Shown piece after piece: positions 14,671 through 27,839 of a stretch of 64,000 bases of DNA; within the stretch, counting starts at the first letter, position 1, and each line of letters opens with the position of its first letter. Under the pieces are notes generated by a model that did not search any database, was not told the origin of the DNA, and worked only from the letters and a program-made list of their open reading frames with translations. Location: positions 55,242,001-55,306,000 of the forward strand of contig OX597830.1 of the NCBI GenBank assembly GCA_951406725.2, given 5' to 3'. Position numbers and translations under genes: made by a program. Source of the DNA: Octopus vulgaris. Taxonomy: Eukaryota.

Positions 14671-16094
14671 ACCAACCACATGGTTCCGGGTTCAGTCCCA
14701 CTGCGTGGCACCTTGGGCAAGTGTCTTCTACTATAGCTTCGGGCCGACCAAAGCCTTGTGAGTGGATTTGGTAGACGGAAATTGAAAGAAGCCCGTCGTA
14801 TATATGTCTATATATATATATGTATGTGTGTGTGTTTATGTGTTTGTGTTTGTCCCCTCCAACATCGCTTGACAACCGATGCTGGTGTGTTTACGTCCCC
14901 GTAACTTAGCGGTTCGGCAAAAGAACCGATAGAATAAGTACCAGGCTTACAAAGAATAAGTCCTGGAGTCGATTTGCTTGACTAAAGGTAGTGCTCCAGC
15001 ATTGCCACAGTCAAATGACTGAAACAAGTAAAAGAGTAAAAGAGTAATACCAAAACTTTTAAGAAATTTAACACAAGTTCTAGATAGCTTAATATCCCAT
15101 CCACAAATGGGTTATAAAGGAAAGATAGAAGCACATGTCCTAAACTCCCCAAATACGTGACCTTTTCTAAACCAACCTAGTATATAGTCATTCTCTTTTC
15201 TACCGCCCAGCATAAATGCCACAACCATGAACATATCTAAATAACTAAGAACATAACATAAAACTAAACCACCCTAAAATAAAATACATTACAAGAACTA
15301 TACTTGAGAGTAAGCTTATTAAGTGCTACAATACACAAAGATGTCTGCCAAAACAGTAACATAGACTTTCACCTAGTTAGATAGAATCCTTACTTTGGCC
15401 AGCAACTGGTGTGAAACCGAGGTCAACCAGACCAACAGATCAGATTTCAGATTTATAACAACCTTCCCTCACTTCAATCAGCTTCAAGCCAAGCTGGTTG
15501 AAAGACCCTGAACAATGCTACACAAAATATTATGCCAGGTTGCATATGCAACTGCCAATAATCCGTGCAGTGGAAGCACGTGTAGGTTTTCATAATCATA
15601 AAAATATGCTGTGTGACATTGTAAACTTAAAGGGAATACATTTTGAGGATGCATCAGTCTCCATATTCTCTATCGTTATAATTATTGCTAATATACACTC
15701 CAGATAATATTGCCACCCAGTGAAGTGAACACGGAATTACCCGTCGGAGGAATTTTCATCGTGAGGGACTTGTAGTCATAGAAGTTAAATACTAATCGAC
15801 CAAAGCCTTGTGAGTGGATTTGGTAGACGGAAATTGAAAGAAGTCTGAAGCTCGTCGTCGTCGTCGTCGTGTATGTGTGTGTGTGTGTGTGTGTGGATTT
15901 GTGTATGTGTGTATATTTGTGTGTGTGTGTGTGTGTGTATGTGTGTGTGTGTATGTGTGTGTGTGTGTGTGTCTCTGTGTGTGTGTGTGTGAGTGTTCGG
16001 ATTAGATTTGACAGTTTGCTTAAAAGGAAAAGAGTGCACGATATTCCGTCCAAAAATAAAAGTCTTTGAAAAAAAACAAAACAAAAAAAGAAAA

Positions 16095-16470
16095 ATGAGT
16101 CGGTTTGTGTCTTTCTTAGCCGCGTCCCACTCATAGCAATCCATCGAATTACAATTGGGGGGAATTCAGATACCAGAAATTGGGGCTGGTGAAGTCGTAG
16201 AAATTCTCTGACAACCACTTCTGACTCTTTCTAGAGATATGACAAGGTGCCGAACCCTGATGCCACAAATATGACCGTGTAGCAGCAATCCCCGAACCGA
16301 ACCAGGGTTTCAGCACAATCTCTATCAGCTTCACATAGTCTGAATTGAGCCCCGAGTCCCTGTTCAAAGATGTGGAGAGGCATGACGCCACCTTCACCGG
16401 AGACATACCCAAAGACCATAAACAGTTTGGCGGAATTTGGTTTTCGTGATACATGGAATTTCTTATTGGA
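16095..16470 (-). mobile_element. Tc1/mariner (maT/DD37D-like) transposase fragment
   Basis: WHQGSAPCH.S..SQKWLSENFYDFTSPNFW..NSP...MDCY.W remnants. Confidence 0.65.
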
Positions 16471-16723
16471 CTGGAAAGCGAGAGAGAGAAGAGGGAGGGA
16501 AGAAGAGGAGGGTTCAGAGGAAGGGAGAGAGTTTGGAAAGCGAGACAGAGAAGGGGAAGTGAGAGAGAGAAAGAGAAAGGAAGGAAAGCGGGAGAAAGGA
16601 GAAAGAGAGAGACGAGGAGGAGGAGAAGGAGGAGGAGGAAAGAATTTGTGTGAAGAGCAAGACGAAGAAGGAATACTAGAAAGAAGGAGAGGTACAAGGA
16701 GAAAGACAAGGAAAAGCAACTAC

Positions 16724-16780
<57 letters not shown>

Positions 16781-16959
16781 GGTGGTGGTGAGTAACAGAA
16801 GGGATGTAGTCAACGATGTGGATGTGAATGTTGGTGTGTATGCGGTGGAGAGTAAGCTGTGTATGTACGTGCATGTGGACTATAAGGTGTGTATGTTTGG
16901 TAGAGAATAAAGGTGGATACGTGCGTCTATGTGGATGTGTGTGTGTGCGTATGTGTGCA

Positions 16960-16995
<36 letters not shown>

Positions 16996-17551
16996 TACAT
17001 ACATACATACATATATATATATATATATTTAAGTATGCATGTATGTATGGACATTAAGGTATAGAGAGGAAGGTGTATGTGCGTATGCATAGTGAAGAGT
17101 AAGGTATGTGGAGTGTATGTGGAGAGTAAGGAGTGTGAGCGTGTGTATGTTTGTGGAGAGTAAGAAGTAGGTATGGCGGAGGGAAAAGAAAAGAAAAACC
17201 GGAATACAGAAGAATTATTTCAAGAACGTAATCTGCCAACTGAGGTGCCAACCACAAATTGTTTCTTCTAATTAGATTGTACTTAATTAACGTTTCCGTC
17301 CTACCGAGTGCCGTGGTATTACAATTAAGTTTGCAAATTGGGTTCGATTTCCTGTTGGATCTATACTAACTTAATTTCTATCACTTTCCCCAGCACATTA
17401 CCTGCAATTATGTAAAGATGAACATCCCAACATCCAATGTCCACCATACTTGAACAAATGTTTCACAATAAAATCATGCATTTGGTTGCGACTGTTGCAT
17501 TTCTGCTGCACGCCTGTACATACCCGCTATTTATTAATCTCATCACCTCAT

Positions 17552-17621
<70 letters not shown>

Positions 17622-17754
17622 CGCGTGCCCGCGCGTGTATGTGTGTATGTATGTATACATATATATATATATTATGTATACACTTCACTTTATACACATA
17701 CAAATACCTTTCCATTGATTACATATGACTAATACAAACATCAGTATATATATA

Positions 17755-17790
<36 letters not shown>

Positions 17791-17879
17791 CGTGACGTAT
17801 ATATACCAGTCCATCAGATGTAGTTACACATGCGTTCGCTTATAATTATCAAGTACGCACCCCGAATTTCTATACTCAA

Positions 17880-17925
<46 letters not shown>

Positions 17926-17926
<1 letters not shown>

Positions 17927-18781
17927 GTGGCCTGATCAATATCCAGAGTGTTGCCATAGTAACGAAGCCAAAACACGCAGAGTGTAGCCGCTTGATACAG
18001 ATTGACCGTGAACTCTTTTGTGCATGCGCACTAAGTTTTAACATTCTAGCTCACTTCCGTTGTTTACACCAGTACCTGGAAGGAAGGTGACTATGACAGA
18101 TAAAGTTGAGCAGAGAACCTGTGTCAAATTTTGCCAAAAGCTTGGCAACACCTGCTCAGAGGCCTAAGCAAAGTTTTCAAAAAGTTTTTATCGTTCTCGA
18201 CACAATCAAGATCTCGTACAACTGAAACTCGAGTGTCTTTTCGGTTAGGTGAAAGCAGTTTTTGGCAGACACGCGTCTCATACCCAAATCTTCTGTGATA
18301 ATGGACTGCACTGAGCTGTAACTAATCTGCCCATCTTCTGAAAACTCACGGATGGTGATTCGACGATTTCCCCTCACAGCTGCACGCTCCTTTGTGATGT
18401 TCCTCTCAGTTCTGCTGGTTGCGGGTCTCCCAGAACATTCGTCAATATCGACCATTTTTGGGACCATCTTGGAAACGTCTGAACCCCTCGTACACTTATT
18501 TGCGGCTGATACACTCCTCTCCATACACTTTCTGCAACTTTACGTAGGCCTCTAAGCAGATGTCACCATGACAACTTTCTCTGTCAAGGTCAATGCGACG
18601 ATCACACGCTACACACCTATCTTCCAAGCACTGCTGTAAACAGTAGAAGTGAGCTAGAACGTTAAAACTCAGTGCGCATGCGCGACCGAGTTTACAATCA
18701 ATCTGTGTCAAGCGGCTTCACTCTGCATGCTTTAGCTTCGTTACTATGCCAACAATCCGGATACTTATTGATCAAACCTTG
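17926..18781. mobile_element. Mariner fold-back derivative made of two inverted 5' ends
   Basis: TA flanks; diverged inverted arms of ~250 bp; the minus arm carries SGRPATS...NRRITIRE...LGMRRVSAK. Confidence 0.75.
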
Positions 18782-18826
<45 letters not shown>

Positions 18827-19390
18827 GAACACACACATACACATGCAATCATATATATATATATAGTAAGGGGAGGGATATAATAACCAGGTGGATACCG
18901 AATTTCTCTATGTAAAACGTCAAGATTGGTTCCTTCAGATGGTGCGTTTCATGGTAAATTTCTTTTAACTCCCATCCGACGATACAGTTTTTTTCCTGGC
19001 TACCTAGAGTGTAAAGTACAATATTGTAAATATATATATATATTATTGATCACACATACTCAATGTATGTACTTTGCCTGTTCGTTGGTAAAATGCAGTT
19101 CAGCATGGTAACGATGACTTCTTCAAAGCGCCAAATGTTAAAACACCGGAAAGTCATTGACAGTTGATAATTCTCAGTTGTTTTAACAACCGGCATTTTG
19201 AGTTTGCGGAAGTCATCCACACCGCGCTAAACGGCAGCCTACCGACGAACAAGCAAAGCTCATACATTGACTACTACGTGTGGTTGATAATATTTACTAC
19301 AATAACGCTGTTTCTAATCCATATTTGAATATATATATTATTATTGTTATTATTATTATTATTATTATTATCATTATTATTATTATTATT

Positions 19391-19953
19391 AAGTAAAGCA
19401 ACGACAAGTAAACTGGCTACGTCTCTTAACATATAAAGATACATTTAATTGAAAAGAAAAGTGTAAATGTGTGTGTGTGGATATTAAGAGACATAGTTTA
19501 ACTTACAAAAAAAAAAACGATATCACAAATAAGATAGATAAAGTTTTTTAAAAGTCCTACGGCCGTTTCAGGGGGGTTGGTGTTCCTGATATATGACAGA
19601 TAATAGGGTTCATTACTGGATAACCTCATCTCCTTCAAGGAAGAAAAAATTATATTAAAATTTTATATTTGAAATGTAGGCATGATGGAGGTTGAAAATT
19701 GAATGATTGTATAGAGAGCTACACCTTGAAGAAGGGGGCGAGGTTATCCAATAATGGACCCGAATATCTGTCATATATCAGGATAACCAAGCTGCCTGAA
19801 ACGGCCGTAGGGCCTTTAACTTTACCCGTCTTATTTGTCGTATCGTTAATCTATGTATTCTTAATATCCACAGAAATTTACATTTTTCTTTTCGCTTAAA
19901 TGTATCTTTATATGGAACTAGACGTACCTAGTTTGTTTATCGTTGCTTTACTT
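19391..19953. mobile_element. Inverted pair of Penelope-like units, each with a hammerhead-like motif
   Basis: Diverged inverted arms of ~250 bp (19391-19640, 19724-19953), both containing GAAACGGCCGTA. Confidence 0.55.
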
Positions 19954-20266
19954 ATCTAATGGCTCAAATTTTAATCTCTTGAGCAATTAGAAGTGTTTCT
20001 AAATATAGAGAACATCTGTCTCTGAAATATAAACTGCAGGGACTTTTTATTGATGTACCCAGAACGGGTCGAAACATGTGTCATACCCCAAAAAATCTTT
20101 TACTCATTCCATCTATTTTATTAATACTGTTACCCCAACCACGACTTCGAAGTTCCTGCAATAAATCTACGGATAAAAACAGGTAATCAAAACCATGCAG
20201 GTACTTTACTCATAATCTGTTTATACATTTTGTATAATTTCTATCATATATATATATATATATATG

Positions 20267-20314
<48 letters not shown>

Positions 20315-20379
20315 ACCATTATATGAAAAATACACGCGCACCTCACTATATACCCTCTGCTTCTTCTCCGCTCCTCTAG

Positions 20380-20464
20380 ATACCTGGACTTTATTAATCT
20401 CATGACCTATGATCTTCATGGTGGCTGGGAAAAAAATTATGCAGATTAATGCACCTTTATATAG
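20380..20464 (+). CDS. GH18 chitinase exon 5 ([18 protein letters not shown]...INAPLYR) with a +1 frameshift in A7 at 20430-20436
   Basis: [13 protein letters not shown] motif; tag acceptor; AG|gtcagt donor at 20465; NAPLY is in the shifted frame. Confidence 0.88.
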
Positions 20465-20487
20465 GTCAGTGGATATTGGAACATATA

Positions 20488-20558
<71 letters not shown>

Positions 20559-20563
20559 TATAT

Positions 20564-20600
20564 ACCACCATTCACTGAAAATACACGAAAGTATACTGTG
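20564..20600 (+). CDS. GH18 chitinase candidate micro-exon 6 ([13 protein letters not shown])
   Basis: Follows a poly-T tract and ends with a gtaaga donor at 20601. It bridges phase 2 to the phase-0 exon at 21262, but the acceptor reads AT rather than AG. Confidence 0.6.
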
Positions 20601-20621
20601 GTAAGACATTTCTCTCTCTCT

Positions 20622-20660
<39 letters not shown>

Positions 20661-21098
20661 TTATATATATATATATATCTATGTGTGTGTGTGTCTGTGT
20701 GTGTGTATGTACATGTATATACATATTTGTGTATGTATATGTGTGTGTATATATATATATGTGTGTGTGTGAGTGTGTGTGTGTATGTGCGTGTGTGTGT
20801 GTGTATGTATACACATATATGTATGTATATATATAGACATATATATATATAAGTATATATATAGACATATATATATAAGTATATATATATACATATGTAT
20901 ATATATGTATATACATATGTATATGTACATATATATATGTATATGTATGTATATATATATATGTATGTATATATATATGCATATGTATATATATGTGTTT
21001 ATATATACATATGTATATATATATATGTATGTATATATATATATATATGTATATGTATGTGCATATATATATGTATATATATATGTATATGTATGTGC

Positions 21099-21129
<31 letters not shown>

Positions 21130-21261
21130 TGTATATGCATATATATGTATATATATATATGTGTTTATATATATACATGTATGTATGTATGTATGTGTGC
21201 GTGTTCTTCCATTTCTCGTACTCTCAGTAAAAGGACTAACGTCCATTTTTCGTTTGTTTAG

Positions 21262-21444
21262 AGTTGGGTTGTTAAAAGATGGATTGAACGCGGAGCATCG
21301 CCACAGAAATTAATCCTGGGAATTCCGATGTACGGACGTGGGTTTGCATTTTGTACCAACCAAATTACACCAGGTTCCCCAAACTGTGGAAAATCAAAGC
21401 CAGGAACTTTCACAAAAGAAAAGGGTATTCTTGCATTTTCTGAA
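21262..21444 (+). CDS. GH18 chitinase exon 7 ([28 protein letters not shown]...GILAFSE)
   Basis: KLxLGIPxYGRxF motif and start of the chitinase insertion domain; tag acceptor; gtaagt donor. Confidence 0.95.
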
Positions 21445-21831
21445 GTAAGTACTATAATATTTATGTACCTCAAACGAAACAAACACACACGTACGGTAAA
21501 ACGGGTAAGCATGAAATTTTAAGGGGTGGAATTGAGAATGAGGAATTACGTTTCGTTTAGTATAATATTCGGTTGGTGATTTATCCTTGGAGTCAAACCA
21601 GTTTTATTAGTCGAGCGACTGCATAAAAGTTCCAACACATAACTGTGTGAGCTATTTAATGAAATACAGTAACAAATTTGCTAGGAAAGATCTGACTATT
21701 ATACTACGAAGGTCCAACGATCACAAAGAAGTTGCCTCCAGGATCATTGTGATACTCCTTTATTTTAAAGGTGTTTGCGAGTTTGTTTGCATCATATGAA
21801 GTTCAGGGCTGAGTTGTAGCGACTGCATAGG

Positions 21832-22213
21832 GAAGCACTCCGTCGGTTACGACGACGAGGGTTCCGGTTGATCCGAATCAACGGAACAGCCTGCTCGTGA
21901 AATTAACGTGTAAGTGGCTGAGCACTCCACAGACACGTGCACCCTTAACGTAGTTCTCAGGGATATTCAGCGTGACACAGAGAGTGACAAGGCCGGCCCT
22001 TTGAAATACAGGTACAACAGAAACAGGAAGTAAGAGTGAAAGAAAGTTGTGGTGAAAGAGTGCAGCAGGGATCACCACCATCCCTGCCAGAGCATCGTGG
22101 AGCTTTAGGTGTTTTCGCTCTATAAACACTCACAACGCCCGGTCTGGGAATCGAAACCGCGATCCTAAGACCGCGAGTCCGCTGCCCTAACCACTGGGCC
22201 ATTGCGCCTCCAC
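21832..22213 (-). mobile_element. tRNA-derived SINE (OR2-like head, Nin-like body) with 15-bp TSD
   Basis: Head GGAGGCGCAATGGCCCAGTGGTTAGG...GGTTTCGATTCCC; TSD tagcgactgcatagg at 21817-21831 and 22214-22228. Confidence 0.85.
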
Positions 22214-25019
22214 TAGCGACTGCATAGGAAGGTTGCGTGTCGAAAGTAATGTGAGCTGAGATAACGACGGTGGCTAATTATTATATATATTTTCTTTCTT
22301 TCCTACGTACAGGTGTGACTGTGTGGCAAGTTTGCTTTCCAACCACACAGTTCCGGGTTCAGTCCGACTGCGTAACACTATAGGCAAGTGTATTCTACTA
22401 TGTCCTCAGGCCGACCAAAACCTTGTGAATAGATTTGGTAGACAGGAAGTGAAAGAAGTCCTTCGTATATATAAATATATATATATATATATATAAAGCC
22501 ACAAAAATTCCTGTCTTATATTATCGCTAATTTTTGTGGTTATAGAACCTAGCTGTTCTTTCTAGCGTGTTGAATCCTATGAGTGGATTCCTTATGCGTT
22601 TAAATGTACACTGTATCTTTCATCAGGCAGTATGGCACTGCTTGTGTGTGGGGGGAGGGATCTACACTGCTTGACAATCGGTGTTGCTGTGTTTACGTCC
22701 CTGTAACTTAGCGGTTCGGCAAAAGTACTGACAGAATAAGTACCAGGCTTATAAGAATAAATAAGTCCTAGGGTCTATTCATTCGACTAAAAATTATTCA
22801 AGGCGGTACCCCAGCATGGCCGCAGTCTAATGACTGACGAAAGTTAAAGATAAAAGATTCCAGCATGAATGGATATCTTCTGATCTTGTTGGTACAACTA
22901 TCCAATAACAGACCGCCGTTGTTGTTTCAGTGAGTGCCGGAGTCACAATCCGATTTTCATCATCACATCTTAACTGTCTCCAAGAGTGAAGACCCTTAGT
23001 TTCCGCTGGCTCAGCCTGTCTAGTCACCAGCAGGCACCGTGTCGTAGGTATAGCTTGCTCCTGTCTCTGTAACCAATTAAAAGAAGTGCATCCTTAAGGT
23101 GTACCTTTGACACATGCAGCTGATACACATTTCTGTGTATTTACCCTCAACGAAAGATCAGCAAAATTTTGAGCCATCACTGCAACCATCAATATTATCA
23201 ACATCACGAACCTACTACTATTACTACTACTACTACTACCAACACCACCATCATTCATCCTCATTATAATTATCATCGTCGTCGACATCATCATCACACC
23301 TACCTCCAATCGCAAACAAAATAGTTTACGTCCACGTGGTTTCTTGGTTTGCTAGAAATAGTAGCAAAATCCTCTCAAATTATTATTATTTTTTTCTACT
23401 CTAGGTACAAAGCCCGAATTTTTTGGGGGAGGAGGGCAGTCGATTAGATCGACCCAAGTACGCAACTGGTACTTAATTTATCGACGCCGAAAGGATGAAA
23501 GGCAAAGTCGACCTCGGCGGAATTTGAACGCAGAACGTGAAGACAGACGAAATACTGCTAAGCATTTTGCCCGGCGTGCTAACGTTTCTGCCAGCTCACC
23601 GCCTTAAAATCTTCACAAATTATATCAAACCACTACCATCAACACCACCACCATCGACATCGTCACACCTTCACACCATCACCATCACCATCAGCTCTAC
23701 AACCACAACTATCACATCACCACCACACACGCTACAAACAACAGCTCCACAACAATAATCACTACCATCAATACAACCACTACCACCATCACCAATACAA
23801 CCGCTACCACCACCACCACCACTACCACACACCGCTACAACTCTCACCACTACGACTACTACCACTACCACTACCACACCACTGCCACCACCACCAACAG
23901 CAACACTACAACTACCACCATCACTGTCCTATCCCTAACAATTGTGTAACTATATTTCTCTGCCGATGTGTTTTATTTTTTTTTCAATAAAATCAATGTT
24001 GAAGGGATTTCTGTAAAATATCTGCGCGAAGCATTCGTCTGTGAATGAGCAAAGGTGAATACACCAAAAGACGTTTTAAACTATAACTACCAATATCTTA
24101 AATAGAAACTTTGATCACATCATGAACGGATGCGTTATCGAATTTAAAAATATACTTCCTGACTTCGAAAATGTTCAGAGGCATAACGCACGCAAAATGC
24201 TTAGCGCAAACTATCGAGAGAATCTGAAGTTAAGGTCAATTTGACATAAATTTCCTTTTGAAATCATAATTCCCTGTTTGAAGTTACACGAGCTCACTTA
24301 GAATTACAGATATTGCATTTATTTTGGATACAAGCGTGGGAGAGTAAGTTTTGTAACCTTTATATCGCCAAAACCAATATGACAAATGGAAACGTTACAT
24401 CACCCACGTTTCTTAAACCACGTTGGTAAGATTTAGAAAGCTATTTCCTTTTCTAACCCAAGAACTTTCTTTCTTTTTTTCTTTCTTACTTTTTTCTTTC
24501 TTCCTTTTTTCTTCCTTTATTTTCTTCTTTCTTTCTTTCTTTCTTTCTTTGGCTGCCTCTAACTCTGTCATCCACTAGTATATACATACAAACATTCTTG
24601 TTCAAGAGAAGTTATTACTTTTGTACAATATTTTCTTAAAGTTGGTGTCTAAAGATCAGCTGCTCAAGTAACAAATGTTATTTTGTGACGTGCATCAGTT
24701 TCTTCCTTTCTTTTTTCCTCTGTCTGTTTATTCAATTCTTACATTCACAAACCATATATCTTAATTTAATTCTCAAGTCATTTTGAAAGTTTCTCATTCC
24801 AGCGCTAAGTATATTATAGGACATTATTGTAAAACTAAGAATTACCTGTGAACCCCGAAGCCAGTATCTGTATTACCTTAATTTACTGCAATATCCCAAA
24901 GTACTATTGCAGTCTAAATCGACATGGATATTCATGGTATTTTCAACCTCAATATGTGGAACCCCCAGGTGTCAATGGAACTCCCATAATATTATGGAAC
25001 CCTAATATGCCAAGGAGCC

Positions 25020-25305
25020 TATATATCTAAAGCGGGTTACTTATTCTATCTGAAACAAACAGAAGAACGAGATTTCTCCCCAGTTCTTTGTGTCATACCA
25101 TTAACCAGTTAGAGTCTTGTTTCCAGTTAATTCTTTGATGTCAGTCCACAAGCATCTTTGATGACCTCTGGCTTTCTTCTCCTTCACACTTCCTATCAAG
25201 ATGATCTTCAGCAATGACTCGTGGCATATTGTATGTCCAAAATATCATAGCTTTATGGATTTGATTCTCGACTGTAGATGTCTTTGGTCTTTCAATTTTT
25301 CTATG
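25020..25305 (-). mobile_element. RTE-clade LINE 3' fragment
   Basis: YFGH.I..ESLLKIILIG.V...KARG....W motif. Confidence 0.6.
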
Positions 25306-25615
25306 ATTTAATTATCATTTACCAATTATACATAAATATTTATTGTTAACCCAGTAGTAGCCATATTGCCTTATCGTCTGCCAGATGACATCGTTATTGA
25401 TTTTATCGTCTGCCAATTGACATCATTATTTATCGTCTGCCAGCTGCACTTCAATATTTATCATCGGTCGTTGATTTTACATATTGCTATTACTTCAGGT
25501 CTTTACTGTTACATCATAATCAGTTTAAATTAAAGTTAATATTAATTCTTAGCTTCATAAATTCTCACCTTCCACAATCACATTTATTATGGATTGGATT
25601 TTACATTTTCTATAG

Positions 25616-25741
25616 ATCAAGCAATATCTGGACAATGGCTGGAAAAGAAAATGGGATAAGGAACAGATGGTTCCCTATGCCTACAACATGCATGAAAAAC
25701 AATGGGTTGGCTACGACGACGAACAAAGCATCAGATTAAAG
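25616..25741 (+). CDS. GH18 chitinase exon 8 (IKQYLDNGW...VPYAY...QWVGYDDEQSIRLK)
   Basis: VPYAY and WVGYDD motifs; 126 nt, phase 0/0; tag acceptor; gtaaga donor. Not present in the ORF track. Confidence 0.95.
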
Positions 25742-26436
25742 GTAAGAACTCAATTTTATTTGGTATTATGGCGCATACAATTTCTTCTGCTTAATTTATT
25801 GTCTGTTGATAGGTTTAATGTCTGTTGGTAGATTTAATGTCTGCTGATAAATCTCTGTTAATGTCTGTTGATAGATCTCTGTGTCACTTTAGTGATTAAT
25901 TTATTCATATTAAATTATAGTTAAAAATTATTTCAATGTCTTTCTGAATGTTGAATTTAGAAATTTCAAACAGTAAACTCTTTATCATACACACGTATTG
26001 ATCAAGTTAATAGTACTTTGATGTATTTAGTTACATCGGTTTATGTCCTCCGTTCATATTTCACGCAAGTTAGTTGGCTTTCCAAACTCGCCCTGGAGAA
26101 TTTATTTTAAATACAAGTCAGATACCAGGGTTGATTTAATCAACTGTCCTCATTCAGTGTGCCGGGTTTATCAACGACAAAATGACAATTTGCAAGATTA
26201 AGGGCTCATTGTTTACGAGGTTGATAAACCCATGTCCTGGTTAATAGTCTGTAACAGGAGCAACTTAATTCAGTCGATGGAGCTGGAATAACGTGAACTG
26301 ATCCCCTGGTCTGGAAATCGAATCTACAATTCTATGTTCTTCAGTTCTACAGATTAACCACTTGCCTAAGTCCCTTCTCCGTAGATTTGCCTCTATTCAT
26401 TCTAGACTAATATTTCTTTCTGTTCATTTGTTTTAG

Positions 26437-26607
26437 ATCGATTATTTAAAACGTTATCAGCTTGGTGGTGCGATGACCTGGGCGCTGCCCTTGGACAGTT
26501 TTGGTAATACCAAAGATAAAACCAGTCGCTTCACTCTTCACAGAGCTATAAAGAAATTTCTAGAAGATACTGACAGCGAAAATACAAGAACGACAGAAGG
26601 AAAAAAG
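26437..26607 (+). CDS. GH18 chitinase exon 9 (IDYLKRYQLGGAMTWALPLDSF...)
   Basis: LGGAMxW motif ending the TIM barrel; tag acceptor; gtaggt donor. Confidence 0.93.
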
Positions 26608-27409
26608 GTAGGTCATATGTCTGTTGGCAGTTTAATTCAGAATATGTCGTTAAGAACCAAATATCTTTAGTTAATAAATATCTCTTGAAATTCTAATTTC
26701 ATCACAACATCTCTCACCTGTAGGATAATTGATTTTATCGATCTTTTCCTCGCCTACCGCTACATGTTTGGTACATATTTATCGATGATTGAAGAACTTA
26801 AGCTCAGACTCACCACAGCTGGAATTAATACAGAAGTATTTCGGAATAAAACCAAATGTTGTTGAAATGTTCACTCCGATGCTCTACCGTTTCTGCTAAC
26901 CTCGTTTTCTTGAAGTAATTAATTTAGAATTAAGACTGAATATTTGTTGTTGTTAAGGCGTTGAGCTGGCAGAAACGTTAGCACACCCGGCGAAATGCTT
27001 AGCAGTATTTCGTCTGTCTTTACGTTTTGAGTTCAAATTCTGCCAAGGTCGACTTAGCCTTTCATCCTTTCGGGATCGATAAATTAAGTACCAGTTGTGT
27101 TCTAGGGTTGATCTAATTGACTGACCTCCCACTCAAAATTTCGGGCCTTGTGCTAAGAGGAGAAAAGAATATTTTTTGTTGTTGCAATTATTCGAGCCGG
27201 CAGAATCGTTAACACGCTGGGAAATGTGTTTAATGGCATTTCATCCGTCTTTACGTTCTGAGTTCAAATTCCGCCGAGGTCGACTTTGCCTTTCATCCTT
27301 TCGTGGTCGATTAAATAAGTACCAGTTACGCACTATGTAATCGACTATCCCCTATAGTATTGTTCCTATAGTAGAAAGGATTATCATTATTATTATTATT
27401 ATAATTATA

Positions 27410-27464
<55 letters not shown>

Positions 27465-27469
<5 letters not shown>

Positions 27470-27825
27470 TCCGCCTTAGCGGAGGTATTGTTTTCAGTCG
27501 TGTTTGTTTGTTTGTCTGTGGACAAGATATCTCAAGAATCGCTGGATGGATTCGGATGAAACTTTCAGGGATGTTTGGTCTGATGACTGGCACGAGCTGA
27601 TTAGTTTTGGGGATCGATCCTGTACCGGACAAGGATTCCAGATTATTTTCCCTGTTTTTTTTACTTAATTTTTGAGAGCAGTTGGGTTCATTTTTAGTAT
27701 TCTCGTTCGTTAGAGAAATCGAGTTTATTTCAGATATCCTCATTTTAAAAATAATCTCTGGCTAATCGTTGAGAGGGCGTTGGTGTTGCCTTGGCGGAGG
27801 TTTGCGCTCTTTGAGTGCTCTTGTT
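27465..27825 (+). mobile_element. Helentron-associated (DINE-1/HINE-like) non-autonomous element
   Basis: Sub-TIRs acctccgcc / ggcggaggt, 5' palindrome, short GTTT repeats, 3' hairpin gcgctc-ttt-gagtgc; inserted in (TTA)n. Confidence 0.65.
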
Positions 27826-27839
27826 ATTACCATTTTACT

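Noticed and set aside
16149-17090. Longest ORF in the track (313 aa)
   Set aside because: It is a chance fusion of simple repeats, a purine-rich tract and a transposase fragment.
19113-19217. Imperfect ~105-bp hairpin as a possible pre-miRNA
   Set aside because: Large bulges and loop; more like a decayed MITE; no supporting evidence.
22135-22212. tRNA-like sequence (also at 50532, 44792 and about 61080)
   Set aside because: These are SINE heads continuing into SINE bodies, not tRNA genes.
22545-22632. CUGAUGA...GAAA gaac/guuc UA on the minus strand
   Set aside because: Stems I and II do not pair convincingly, so it was not counted as a hammerhead.
23616-23930. (ACC/ACT)-rich tract resembling a Thr/Pro mucin exon
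   Set aside because: It lies between two GH18 core exons that already join in phase and has no clear splice sites; it is a degenerate trinucleotide repeat.
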